Shown one piece after another: positions 10,356-19,298 of a stretch of DNA of 64,000 bases. The position numbers were made by a program, and so were the translations under genes. Numbering within the stretch: the first letter of the stretch is position 1; each line of letters opens with the position of its first letter. The DNA is from an uncultured Bacillales bacterium (GTDB lineage: Bacteria > Bacillota_I > Bacilli_A > RFN20 > CAG-826), in the NCBI GenBank assembly GCA_947164155.1, contig CAMUVS010000001.1, positions 44,499 to 108,498 of the forward strand. Reading direction: 5' to 3'. The notes beneath the pieces were generated by a model that was not told the DNA's origin, ran no database searches, and was given only the letters and a program-made list of their open reading frames with translations.

Positions 10356-10906
10356 TGTTTTTTCTCCAAATTGATGGCTTTTTGCACATTTTTCTTAAAA
10401 TTTTCCTTATCAATAAAGTTGAAAGAATTCATTAAACCAATAAGGGTTTTGTTCTTGTAATTTGTCAAATAATAAACAGTGGAATTGCCATATCCATAAG
10501 CATAAAATCTAGCAATTGATTTCTTGGTATTTGGGTGAAGAATGTTGTCTTCATCAATCTTTTTAATGAACTTTAAGGCAGTGGTATAAAAAACGTTATA
10601 AACAAATTCAGAAAATAAGTCGCTACCTGCACTTTGTAATGTCGCATCGACAAATGCTTGGTTGTCTTTATAGTATTCAAAAACAAAGACTATAAGTTCT
10701 TGAAAGGTTGTTGCATTATTAACACCAGGAATTTTTTCTTCTAAGAATACTTGAGTTAATAAATCATATGTATCGTGATAATGATAATAAAATGTTTTTC
10801 TAGAGATACCGCACTTTTTAGACAATTCTAAAACAGAGATATTCTCAAGCGGCTGCTTAGACATCATATCTTTTAAAGTAATCGCAAGTGCGTGTCCTGT
10901 TTTCAT
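10352..10906 (-). CDS. TetR/AcrR family transcriptional regulator (DhaS-like)
   Basis: 184 aa. It has an N-terminal TetR HTH (ISVLELSKKCGISRKTFYYHY). Its stop overlaps the ADH start. Confidence 0.75.
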   Translation of the reverse strand: MKTGHALAITLKDMMSKQPLENISVLELSKKCGISRKTFYYHYHDTYDLLTQVFLEEKIPGVNNATTFQELIVFVFEYYKDNQAFVDATLQSAGSDLFSEFVYNVFYTTALKFIKKIDEDNILHPNTKKSIARFYAYGYGNSTVYYLTNYKNKTLIGLMNSFNFIDKENFKKNVQKAINLEKKQ

Positions 10907-10910
10907 AAAC

Positions 10911-11813
10911 TTATTTTATTTTGCAATATTCCTTAGCTACTTCACTACCTACAGCAGCGTTATTTAGAACTAATTTGATGTTACTCTCTAAAGAGTCACC
11001 ACCAGTTAAATCGGTAATAGTCTTAAGTAAGAATGGGGTACATTCTTTTCCTTTGATACCTTGTTTATCCATTTCTTTTAAAGCAGTGTCAATCGCTTTA
11101 TCGATAACATCTTTAGGCATTTCATATTGTTCTGGAATTGGATTGGTAAGTAAGATGCCGCCCACTAAACCATTTTCACGTTTAGCTTTAATAATCTTTG
11201 CCATTTCATAAGCAGATTCAACTTTATAATCTACTTTTAATCCAGAGTGAGAATTATAGAATGCAGGAAGTTCCTCGGTTTTAAATCCTAAAACAGGAAC
11301 ACCCATAGTTTCTAAATACTCAAGTGTTAAAGGTAAATCTAAAATAGCCTTTGCTCCAGCACAAACAACAGTGACATTAGTTTTAGCAAGCTCTTGTAAG
11401 TCAGCAGAAATATCCATAGTTTCTGTTGCCCCTCTATGAACTCCACCAATACCACCAGTAACAAAGACTTCGATACCAGCTTGGTTAGCAATAATCATTG
11501 TGGTTGCTACTGTAGTAGCTCCCCATAACTTTTTAGCGTACACCACAGGTAAATCTCTTCTAGATACTTTAAGAACACCTTTTCTTTTTCCGAATTCTTC
11601 AATTTCTTCAGGTGTCATACCAACAATTGGTTCACCATCAATAATTCCGATAGTAGCAGGAACTGCTCCGTGAGATCTAATAGTCTCTTCAACTTTTAAG
11701 GCAGTTTCGACATTTTTTGGATAAGGCATGCCATGGCTAATAATTGTGCTTTCTAAAGCGACCACTGGTCTATTTTCTTTTAAAGCTTGTAATACTTCTG
11801 GATTAATTTTCAT
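10911..11813 (-). CDS. psuG: Pseudouridine-5'-phosphate glycosidase
   Basis: Indigoidine synthase A-like fold, with the N-terminus MKINPEVLQALKENRPVVALESTIISHGMPYP. The track ORF extends to 11852, but the likely start is the ATG at 11813, just downstream of the ATPase stop. No adjacent pseudouridine kinase. Confidence 0.8.
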   Translation of the reverse strand: MKINPEVLQALKENRPVVALESTIISHGMPYPKNVETALKVEETIRSHGAVPATIGIIDGEPIVGMTPEEIEEFGKRKGVLKVSRRDLPVVYAKKLWGATTVATTMIIANQAGIEVFVTGGIGGVHRGATETMDISADLQELAKTNVTVVCAGAKAILDLPLTLEYLETMGVPVLGFKTEELPAFYNSHSGLKVDYKVESAYEMAKIIKAKRENGLVGGILLTNPIPEQYEMPKDVIDKAIDTALKEMDKQGIKGKECTPFLLKTITDLTGGDSLESNIKLVLNNAAVGSEVAKEYCKIK

Positions 11814-14328
11814 TATCTTTTTCCTTCTTTTTAATTTTTTGCATATTTCCATAAATGGAATTTATTGTAACAGCTAAGAATCCTAGTACCGTCACTATTA
11901 CGACAATAGCGACCCAGTTTTCTCCTGTTAATCGATCAAAGTTAATATTTAAAACATTGGTTTCTCCGCCTAAGAAAGTAAAGGCAAGAATAACACCAAT
12001 TTGTAGCGCAGCAAATGCTCCAACAACAATACCTCTATAAAGATTTAAAGGTTGACAAGTAAGATATAAAACAAACATAGACAAGATAGAGAAAGACAAG
12101 ATGGCAATTGAAGTAGCACCGTATCTACCAGCAGCGGTGTCGGTAATAGAAACACCATATTCTCTAACTCCTGTATAAATACCATTTTTATTTAAAACGA
12201 GGCATAGGTAACTCACTAAAACTGCAAATAATAATAGGACCGCATATGGAATGGCATTTTTCATAATGTTTCTCAAGAAACCACCTTTAATTGGTTTACT
12301 ATCAGGTTCTAATGCAATAAAGAAAGAAACTAAGCCAATGCCAAAGACTTCCCAAAGAATCATATTATTTGTGGAGAACGGATAAACAATTTCTTTATCA
12401 ATCAAAGAAGCGATTAAGAAGACAAAACTTAATACTGCAACAAATATTGTTTTAGTGACAAATAAAGATCCAGTTCTTTGTAAGTTATTAATAACTCTTC
12501 TTCCTTCACCAACAACCGAAGGCATTGTGGAAAAGTTATCATCTAATAAAACAACGTGAGAAACGTTTCTTGCACCTAATGAACCAGAATTCATTGCAAT
12601 TGAGCAATCCGCTCTTTTTAAAGCGAGCATGTCGTTAACTCCATCACCCACCATAGCGACTGTATGTTTAGCTTCTCTAAGTGCGATGACTAAAGCTTCT
12701 TTTTGTTCTGGGGTGACTCTACCAAAAACAACATAGTCATTAGCGATGCTTTTAACTTCTTCGATACTCATTCCTTCTAAAGAAACATATTTTTCCGCTC
12801 CAACAATGCCCGCAACTCGAGCAATTTCACTAACAGTAAGAGCGTTATCTCCAGAGATCACTTTTACTTGGACATTGTTTTCTTGGAACCATTTGAATGT
12901 TGCTAAAGCATCTTCTTTAACATGATCTTGAAGAACAATAAAGGCAATAGCCTCAACTTCATCAGTGTATTTATCCTCTTTGATAGGAGAATTACCTTTG
13001 GCAAGGACTAATAAACGATATCCTTTAGATGTATATTCTTCGCTTTGTTTAATTAAAGCTTCTTTATCTTTAACGTTTAAGAATTCGATTGCACCTAATA
13101 AATAAGTGACACCTAATTTAGTAGATACACCGGAATATTTATTATCACTCATAAACGGCAAAACTTTTTCGCATTCAAATGTTTTTGAACTACCAAAATG
13201 TCTTAACAAAGCTTCAGCAGTAGCATTTGTATCTCCTGTTGATGCTTCAATAGAGTGAATAATTTGAGAAATTTCAGCGTCGCTAAATTTAGATAAGTTA
13301 ACTAATTGAACAACATTTAAATTTCCATCAGTAATCGTGCCGGTTTTATCAACACAAATAACATCACTTCTCGCTAGCATTTCTATAGAATAGAAATCTT
13401 GAACATTAGCCTTCTTTTTATATAAAGAAAGTACACCACTAGCTAAAGCTAAAGATGTTAATAGGAATAATCCAGCAGGAATCATACCGACGAATTGTCC
13501 GGCAATTGGTCTAATCATTTTGGCAAACGATTCAACAGAATTCATAAATCCAAGTCCCGCGTAAACAGAGAAAATAATAATCGCAAAGGTAATAATAATG
13601 ATGCCTAAATATCTAAATAAAATCTTTAAAGATTTTAAAATATGTGATGGATTTCTTTTAAAGGCTTTTGCCTTTTCTGTTAATGATTCAATATAATTTT
13701 CTTTACCAACTTTATCCACTCTTGCAAAGCAAGTTCCACTAGTAATGTAGCTACCAGAATATAAAGTATCTCCAATTGCTTTACTAACATTTAAGCTTTC
13801 ACCAGTTAACATGGATTCATTTGTAAAGATATTGCCTTCTAATAAAATCGAATCAGAAGGAACTTGTTCACCAGAAGATAAAACAATTATGTCATCGATC
13901 ACAATTTCGTGTGGTTCAACTTCAATAGTTTCGCCATTTCTAATAACTTTACATCTGCTAGTTGTGATCACCTTTAATTTACTCATTAAATGCTTAGCTT
14001 TTAAATCTTGATAAAGGCCAATAATGATGTTGCAAATTAAAACGAGAGTAAAAAACAAGCCTGAATACCAATGTGTTTTACCTGTTGTATCCATGCAGTT
14101 AGCAAAGATAATGAATCCCGCAATGACAAAAAGCATAATATTAAAGAAGCTTAAAACATCGGTGCGGATAATTTCCCAATAGGTTTTGCCCGCAATCATC
14201 TTAGTTTTATTAATCAAGCCCGCTTTTTTTCTTAACTCGACTTGTTCTTGATTTAAGCCAGTCTTAATATCAGTAGATACTCTCTCCACTTCAATATTTG
14301 CTTTTTTCTTTGAAAACATAGTTAACAT
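11803..14328 (-). CDS. Cation-transporting P-type ATPase (type II, Ca2+/Mg2+-like)
   Basis: 841 aa. It has the DKTGTIT phosphorylation motif, the hinge VAMVGDGVNDMLALKRADCSIAM, and about 10 TM segments. Confidence 0.9.
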   Translation of the reverse strand: MLTMFSKKKANIEVERVSTDIKTGLNQEQVELRKKAGLINKTKMIAGKTYWEIIRTDVLSFFNIMLFVIAGFIIFANCMDTTGKTHWYSGLFFTLVLICNIIIGLYQDLKAKHLMSKLKVITTSRCKVIRNGETIEVEPHEIVIDDIIVLSSGEQVPSDSILLEGNIFTNESMLTGESLNVSKAIGDTLYSGSYITSGTCFARVDKVGKENYIESLTEKAKAFKRNPSHILKSLKILFRYLGIIIITFAIIIFSVYAGLGFMNSVESFAKMIRPIAGQFVGMIPAGLFLLTSLALASGVLSLYKKKANVQDFYSIEMLARSDVICVDKTGTITDGNLNVVQLVNLSKFSDAEISQIIHSIEASTGDTNATAEALLRHFGSSKTFECEKVLPFMSDNKYSGVSTKLGVTYLLGAIEFLNVKDKEALIKQSEEYTSKGYRLLVLAKGNSPIKEDKYTDEVEAIAFIVLQDHVKEDALATFKWFQENNVQVKVISGDNALTVSEIARVAGIVGAEKYVSLEGMSIEEVKSIANDYVVFGRVTPEQKEALVIALREAKHTVAMVGDGVNDMLALKRADCSIAMNSGSLGARNVSHVVLLDDNFSTMPSVVGEGRRVINNLQRTGSLFVTKTIFVAVLSFVFLIASLIDKEIVYPFSTNNMILWEVFGIGLVSFFIALEPDSKPIKGGFLRNIMKNAIPYAVLLLFAVLVSYLCLVLNKNGIYTGVREYGVSITDTAAGRYGATSIAILSFSILSMFVLYLTCQPLNLYRGIVVGAFAALQIGVILAFTFLGGETNVLNINFDRLTGENWVAIVVIVTVLGFLAVTINSIYGNMQKIKKKEKDNEN

Positions 14329-14349
14329 TATACAATAAAAAACTTGGAA

Positions 14350-14820
14350 TTAACCAAGTGTTTTATATTTTCGTTTTTTAGCAAAATATTGTTTTACTAT
14401 ATTTGAGCATTCATCCTTAAGGATGCCACCTTCAATATTTATGTGATGATTAAGGTTTTTAACTTCATTAATTTTTAATGAACTCACTAACCCACCGCCT
14501 TTTGGGTCTTCACTTCCATAATAAACATTTTTGATACGAGATTGTATTATTGCTCCAGTACACATTAGACAAGGTTCAATAGTGACATATAAATCGCAAT
14601 CGATTAATTGCCAGTCATCAAGTTTTTTGCTAGCTCTTCTTATCGCCTCTATTTCAGCGTGACTTGTAACGTCCTTTTTAGATTCCCTTTTATTAAAACC
14701 GCGTCCAACAATTTTGTTATCTTTAACAATGACACAGCCAATAGGAACCTCATCAAAAAGTTCTGCTTTTTTCGCTTCCTTAAGAGCGAGCCTCATATAT
14801 CTTTCTTTAATATTTTTCAT
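14350..14820 (-). CDS. tadA: tRNA-specific adenosine deaminase
   Basis: The CDA-fold motifs HAEIEAIRRA and PCLMCTGAI are present. The track ORF (to 14976) has a 52-aa non-homologous N-terminal extension that overlaps the tRNA promoter. The start is trimmed to the internal ATG (MKNIKERYMRLALKEA...). Confidence 0.75.
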   Translation of the reverse strand: MKNIKERYMRLALKEAKKAELFDEVPIGCVIVKDNKIVGRGFNKRESKKDVTSHAEIEAIRRASKKLDDWQLIDCDLYVTIEPCLMCTGAIIQSRIKNVYYGSEDPKGGGLVSSLKINEVKNLNHHINIEGGILKDECSNIVKQYFAKKRKYKTLG

Positions 14821-14969
14821 CTTACAAAAACCGTCGCACATGACTAAGTTACTTAAGGCTGCTACATTCCTGTCCTGACCTGGTTCATAGTTAACCATCG
14901 CGACGGCATATCTATTATATACAAATTTGATTAGAAAAAGATACCCTCTAATAATAATTAGAATAATTG

Positions 14970-14998
14970 TTGTCACAAAAAGTAAAAATAAGTATAAT
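14970..14998 (+). promoter_or_regulatory. Sigma-70-type promoter for tRNA-Ala copy 1
   Basis: TTGTCA-N17-TATAAT lies about 28 nt upstream of the tRNA. Confidence 0.55.
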
Positions 14999-15025
14999 CT
15001 TTCTTGCGAGTTAATAAACTCACAT

Positions 15026-15101
15026 GGGTCTATAGCTCAGTTGGGAGAGCACCTGATTTGCATTCAGGGGGTCGAGAGTTCGAGTCTCTTTAGATCCACC
15101 A
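15026..15101 (+). tRNA. tRNA-Ala(UGC), canonical copy
   Basis: Cloverleaf with the G3:U70 identity pair, the anticodon loop TTTGCAT (anticodon TGC), canonical D-loop G18G19 (AGTTGGGA), discriminator A73 and an encoded CCA. Confidence 0.9.
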
Positions 15102-15110
15102 TTAGCTTAA

Positions 15111-15143
15111 TACCACCTCGGTAAGAGGTGGTTTCTTATTTTT
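15111..15143 (+). terminator. Rho-independent terminator after the tRNA-Ala
   Basis: The hairpin ACCACCTC-GGTAA-GAGGTGGT is followed by TTCTTATTTTT. Confidence 0.6.
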
Positions 15144-15331
15144 GGTCACAATTATTATATTGTTATACTTTGTTAATGACTCAAAAATAAAAAATAATTA
15201 ATATAATGTATATTTTTTTCTTTGTTTAGAATATATATAGTAAAAAATATGTTATTTAGCGTATACATCAAATAGAAACTTTGATTAAAAGCTAATTTAT
15301 GTTATTTTGAATAGGAAATAAAGGAGAACGA

Positions 15332-17257
15332 ATGAATATGAAGAAAAAATTATTATTACTTTCTACATGCGCAATTACTTCTTTAGCTATCGGTGGAGGA
15401 GTCGTCTTGCTTTCAAATAACGACTTTAATGCGGTCAAGGCTAAAGCTAATACAGATTTCGGATTAGTGAGAGAAAGCGTTGTCGATGAAGGTGATTATT
15501 TGACTGCTAACTGTATTGATGGAAAGGACAACACAGTTACAACCAAATTCACAGGATTCACTCTTGTTAATGAATATGATATTACTACAAAAGTAAATAA
15601 TATTGCTTATTTTACTAACCTTAATCCAATGAGAGGTATCTCAAATATCTACTGTGAATTTGAAAAAGAAAGCGAAACCACAACACACACTCTTAATTTT
15701 GCGGTTTATGCTTCTAGTAATCCATTAACAATTGATGATATCAATAGCGGAGTTCACACCGATTTATACTTCCATATTGAAGATTACGCTTCCGGAGAAG
15801 GAAAAAAGATAAGCAAACATTTTGGTGGTTTAAACAAATATCGTTATGTCTTAATTGAAGTATTCACTTTTTCAGAAACTTACACTTTAACTGAACTTAC
15901 TTATAATGTTGTTTGTGAAGACGAGCCTAAAGTCGTTGATGTTGAAACAAAGACAACATGGAGTAAAGAAGAAGCTACAACATTAGCCTCTTATGGCGCC
16001 CCAAGTAATTTCCCTTATCCTGGAGTTAGTGGATATAATCTCAGCAACTCAGAACAAATGGGAGTAATGGTTCAAACACTCGTACCATATGATAATTTAA
16101 TTAATCTTGTTTCTTTTGTATCTCAAGAAGGATACGTTCAAACAATGGATGCTGAAGCGGAAGGCCGCCAGATCGCGTATATGCAAAAGCAAAATGAAGA
16201 TAAATCTGTAACGTATACTTATGGATTTAACATGAAGGAAATGCCTGGAAATTTGTTTAGTTTACAGTATTTATATTCTACCAATCTTCCTTATATGGGT
16301 GGTGCAACAACACCAACATGGCCAAAAGATAAAATTGCAGAAGTTTCCGCTAATTTATCAACTGCCTTCCCAGATTTCCAATTAGAAGATGTTGAATATC
16401 AATTCTATAGTAGTGAAGAAAGCCCAATGAACACTAAAGTAAATATTTTAGTTTATTCAGAATCTACTATGAAAGAGAAATATGTTGCTTACTTCAATAG
16501 TCTTGACCTTGATGTCTATAATGTCACAATTAACGCTGGCGATTATAGCACCGCTTCTACTAAAGATGGTCTATATAGACTCGAAGTATATGATATGGAT
16601 AATCGATTAGGTGTTACCCTTACCGAAAACAAAGTCTATGATTACTTACCAATTAATGAATACGCTCAATATAATGAATATAATCTTCCAGAATTCACTG
16701 ATGCTGTAAGTGGTACATTCTATTTTGAATATGGAGAAATCACAGCAGACTCAATCACTGAAGAACAACTTAACAAAATTGTTAAGTTATTCACTGATAT
16801 TGGTTATGTTAACCCATCAGATGATCCATATTCTAGAATTTTAAAAACACCAAGCACATCTAACTATGATTACAATAACATTGAAGTGTATATTCGTGTC
16901 GATAGCGAAACTGGAAAATTTAATTTACATATCGAAGCTAAACAAAAGATAGTAAATTCAAATTTATCTGACGCTCTAATTAAAATTACGAGTTATGAGA
17001 ATTTCAAAGACTATGTTGCGCCAATAACTTACCAAGGTGAGGTCACTTCTATCTATCATAGAGTTGCATACATTGAAAACGCTACTAGCGATACAATCCA
17101 AGTAGTCCTTGATTCAATTAACGCTGAGACTAAGAATATAACAGACTATCAAATCTCCTATAAAACAATAATCAATGATGTAGAAAAAACTGTCTGCATT
17201 GATTATGCATTAGTCGATGGAGTCTTATACTTCACAGATATATATTGGGTGTTATAA
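15332..17257 (+). CDS. Hypothetical surface lipoprotein
   Basis: 641 aa. It has a signal peptide with a lipobox-like LLSTC. The mature part is Thr/Tyr/Asn-rich with no recognisable catalytic motifs. An AAAGGAGA RBS is present. It sits between two tRNA-Ala copies. Confidence 0.55.
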   Translation: MNMKKKLLLLSTCAITSLAIGGGVVLLSNNDFNAVKAKANTDFGLVRESVVDEGDYLTANCIDGKDNTVTTKFTGFTLVNEYDITTKVNNIAYFTNLNPMRGISNIYCEFEKESETTTHTLNFAVYASSNPLTIDDINSGVHTDLYFHIEDYASGEGKKISKHFGGLNKYRYVLIEVFTFSETYTLTELTYNVVCEDEPKVVDVETKTTWSKEEATTLASYGAPSNFPYPGVSGYNLSNSEQMGVMVQTLVPYDNLINLVSFVSQEGYVQTMDAEAEGRQIAYMQKQNEDKSVTYTYGFNMKEMPGNLFSLQYLYSTNLPYMGGATTPTWPKDKIAEVSANLSTAFPDFQLEDVEYQFYSSEESPMNTKVNILVYSESTMKEKYVAYFNSLDLDVYNVTINAGDYSTASTKDGLYRLEVYDMDNRLGVTLTENKVYDYLPINEYAQYNEYNLPEFTDAVSGTFYFEYGEITADSITEEQLNKIVKLFTDIGYVNPSDDPYSRILKTPSTSNYDYNNIEVYIRVDSETGKFNLHIEAKQKIVNSNLSDALIKITSYENFKDYVAPITYQGEVTSIYHRVAYIENATSDTIQVVLDSINAETKNITDYQISYKTIINDVEKTVCIDYALVDGVLYFTDIYWVL

Positions 17258-17295
17258 AACTAAAGATAATATTTATTTAAATCTAACACCGCTCA

Positions 17296-17326
17296 AAATT
17301 GGGCGGTGTTTTTCTATTATATTTTT
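17296..17326 (+). terminator. Rho-independent terminator after the lipoprotein gene
   Basis: The hairpin ACACCGC-TCAAAATTGG-GCGGTGT is followed by TTTTTC. Confidence 0.55.
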
Positions 17327-17595
17327 TAAAAAAGTATAATTAATAATATTTTAAAATATTATCGTATTCATCTCCATCAATATTAAGTCAGGATATAATA
17401 TTTTTAACAATTTAGGAGGTAGATAGAGCCAAAATCAAGGTGTCTTACAATTATCAAATACATATTGTTAGACAAGTTTAAGTAAATGTTTCTATTAATA
17501 AAATCAAATGTTTGTAAACTCATGCGGGACATTTTATAAATAAAATATTGAAAAACCATTTAATTTTGACTATCATTATTAGGCAATTTCTAACT

Positions 17596-17671
17596 GGGTC
17601 TATAGCTCAGTTAAGAGAGCACCTGATTTGCATTCAGGGGGTCGAGAGTTCGAGTCTCTTTAGATCCACCA
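17596..17671 (+). tRNA. tRNA-Ala(UGC) variant copy. Its D-loop reads AGTTAAGA, so it lacks the conserved G18G19.
   Basis: It is identical to the 15026..15101 copy except for GG to AA in the D-loop. G3:U70, anticodon TGC and the CCA are retained. A putative TTGAAA-N17-TATCAT promoter lies upstream. Confidence 0.8.
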
Positions 17672-17676
17672 ATTAT

Positions 17677-17753
17677 GGCTGAGTAGCTCAGTTGGCTAGA
17701 GCAGGAAGTTCATACCTTCAAGGTCGGCGGTTCAAATCCGTCCTCAGCTACCA
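17677..17753 (+). tRNA. tRNA-Met(CAU), elongator-like
   Basis: Cloverleaf with the anticodon loop TTCATAC (CAT). It lacks the three G-C pairs of initiator tRNA, and the CCA is encoded. It lies 5 nt after the tRNA-Ala and is probably cotranscribed. An Ile-lysidine tRNA cannot be excluded. Confidence 0.8.
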
Positions 17754-17762
17754 TAAGAAAAC

Positions 17763-17792
17763 ATCCTCGAATATCTCGAGGTTTTTTTATAA
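17763..17792. terminator. Bidirectional hairpin terminator (tRNA cluster on +, and possibly dfx side on -)
   Basis: The hairpin CCTCGAATATCTCGAGG is followed by TTTTTTT. A second hairpin plus T-run readable on the minus strand lies at about 17795-17825, downstream of dfx. Confidence 0.55.
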
Positions 17793-17892
17793 GTAAAAAG
17801 ACTCTACCCAAACGGATAGAGCCAAGAAAATAATAAAATTTTATGATAAAAACACTAGTTTTATCGGTTTTTTACGATTTTTTTCTTATAAA

Positions 17893-18264
17893 TTACTTTG
17901 TGGCAAACAAGCCATGTAAGTTACAGTGTTCTAAAACTTTGAGCACCTTTTCTCCAGGTAATAAAGCAAATTCTGCTTCTGGTTTTTCACCTGGTTTTAA
18001 AACTTTTCTCTGATTGCCTAAATTGGTTTGAATAGCAATCCATTCAATGTAGTGATTGTCTAACATTGGGTGATCAACGCTTCCAACTTTAACACGAACG
18101 ATATTACCTTCAACTTCAAATACTGGTACATGTTTTTCAACAGCGCCATCGGAAGTATTTGGTACCATTTCTTCCATTGGTTGACCACAACAAATTGTTG
18201 GCACTTGACGATCATTAACGATTGCGACAATCTTACCGCAAATCTTACATTTTAAAAATTTCAT
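17893..18264 (-). CDS. dfx: Desulfoferrodoxin (2Fe superoxide reductase)
   Basis: 123 aa. It has the N-terminal desulforedoxin CxxC...CC centre (CKICGK...CCG) and a C-terminal neelaredoxin domain with His and Cys ligands (HPMLDNHYIEW...HCNLHG). Confidence 0.88.
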   Translation of the reverse strand: MKFLKCKICGKIVAIVNDRQVPTICCGQPMEEMVPNTSDGAVEKHVPVFEVEGNIVRVKVGSVDHPMLDNHYIEWIAIQTNLGNQRKVLKPGEKPEAEFALLPGEKVLKVLEHCNLHGLFATK

Positions 18265-18350
18265 AACGAACCCTCTTATATTTATTATACTTATATATGC
18301 AATTTAAATAAGTAAAATTATTTATAATCATTTATAATGTTAAATAAGTT

Positions 18351-19298
18351 ATGAAGTTTATACTAAAAGATAATTCAGCAGTTACATTAGAAGATAGTTT
18401 CTCTTTAGTTAATAAAGAAACATCCCCAATCAAAGAGATTATTAATCGAAAAGATCTCTCTGAATTTTATTTTGTTAGTGATAAAACAATTTCTTTTAAA
18501 GAACTTATTCAAATTCAAGTTAACGTTATCGATGTTGGAGTAATGATTTTTGTTTTTGAAACTGCTTCGTTTAATAAAGATAAATTTATTGAAGATGTTT
18601 CAAAACTTAAAGAAATTCAAATCTCATCATTTTATGATGTTCTTTCCAAAATGAAATCGTTATACGCAGTGAGCGAAACATTTAATCCATTATTTGTGAT
18701 TTATGTTCCTAACGGTAAATATCAAATCTTTGATGATTGTTTTAAAACAATCGTTGGAAACGTTAAAACCATATACGCGAGCAATGACAAGAATGATTCA
18801 GTTGTAGAAACTAATACCATTTCGTTGCCAACAAAAGAAAAAATCGAAGATAAACCAAAAGAAAAATGGAAATTCAGTTTTAAAGAAATTTTTGAATTAT
18901 TTAAAAAAGAAAAATTCCATTTCTTATTTGCGTTTGTTGCTACTTTCTTATTAAGCGTGACTTTAGACATCGGAATTTTTGATGCCTATGCAGGAAAAAT
19001 GATTTGCATCTTCTTCTTTATTTGTTCTTTAGCAGGTGCATTTTTAAATTTCATGATCTACAAGGACACGTATAAACAAGGTGGATTTAAAAGTTTGTTT
19101 AATATATTAACGGTAATTATTTCTGTAATTGGCTTATTTGGTGGATTTGGAGTATACATGATTTTTAAAAGTATCATCAAAGAAGTACCAGCAGTTACTC
19201 CACACGTATTAATGATTTTAGGAATGATGATTTTGATATACGGAATATCAATGTCTCTTCCTTTACTATTTATCTATATTAAAAAAAGGAAGAAGTAA
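18351..19298 (+). CDS. Hypothetical membrane protein: a cytoplasmic N-domain of about 175 aa followed by 4 TM helices
   Basis: 315 aa with no recognisable motifs. The C-terminal third is strongly hydrophobic. Confidence 0.45.
   Translation: MKFILKDNSAVTLEDSFSLVNKETSPIKEIINRKDLSEFYFVSDKTISFKELIQIQVNVIDVGVMIFVFETASFNKDKFIEDVSKLKEIQISSFYDVLSKMKSLYAVSETFNPLFVIYVPNGKYQIFDDCFKTIVGNVKTIYASNDKNDSVVETNTISLPTKEKIEDKPKEKWKFSFKEIFELFKKEKFHFLFAFVATFLLSVTLDIGIFDAYAGKMICIFFFICSLAGAFLNFMIYKDTYKQGGFKSLFNILTVIISVIGLFGGFGVYMIFKSIIKEVPAVTPHVLMILGMMILIYGISMSLPLLFIYIKKRKK

Noticed and set aside
14821-14976. 52-aa N-terminal extension of tadA
   Set aside because: It is low-complexity and hydrophobic, shares no homology with TadA, and overlaps the tRNA-Ala promoter (TTGTCA-N17-TATAAT) on the opposite strand.
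14927-15124. 65-aa plus-strand ORF
   Set aside because: It overlaps the tRNA-Ala gene and its promoter and has no RBS. It is a spurious ORF created by the tRNA sequence.
15102-17595. Integrated mobile element between the duplicated tRNA-Ala genes
   Set aside because: The segment contains no integrase, recombinase, transposase or partial att-like tRNA 3' fragment. It has only one lipoprotein gene with its own promoter and terminator. The duplication is noted as a finding, but a mobile-element call is unsupported.
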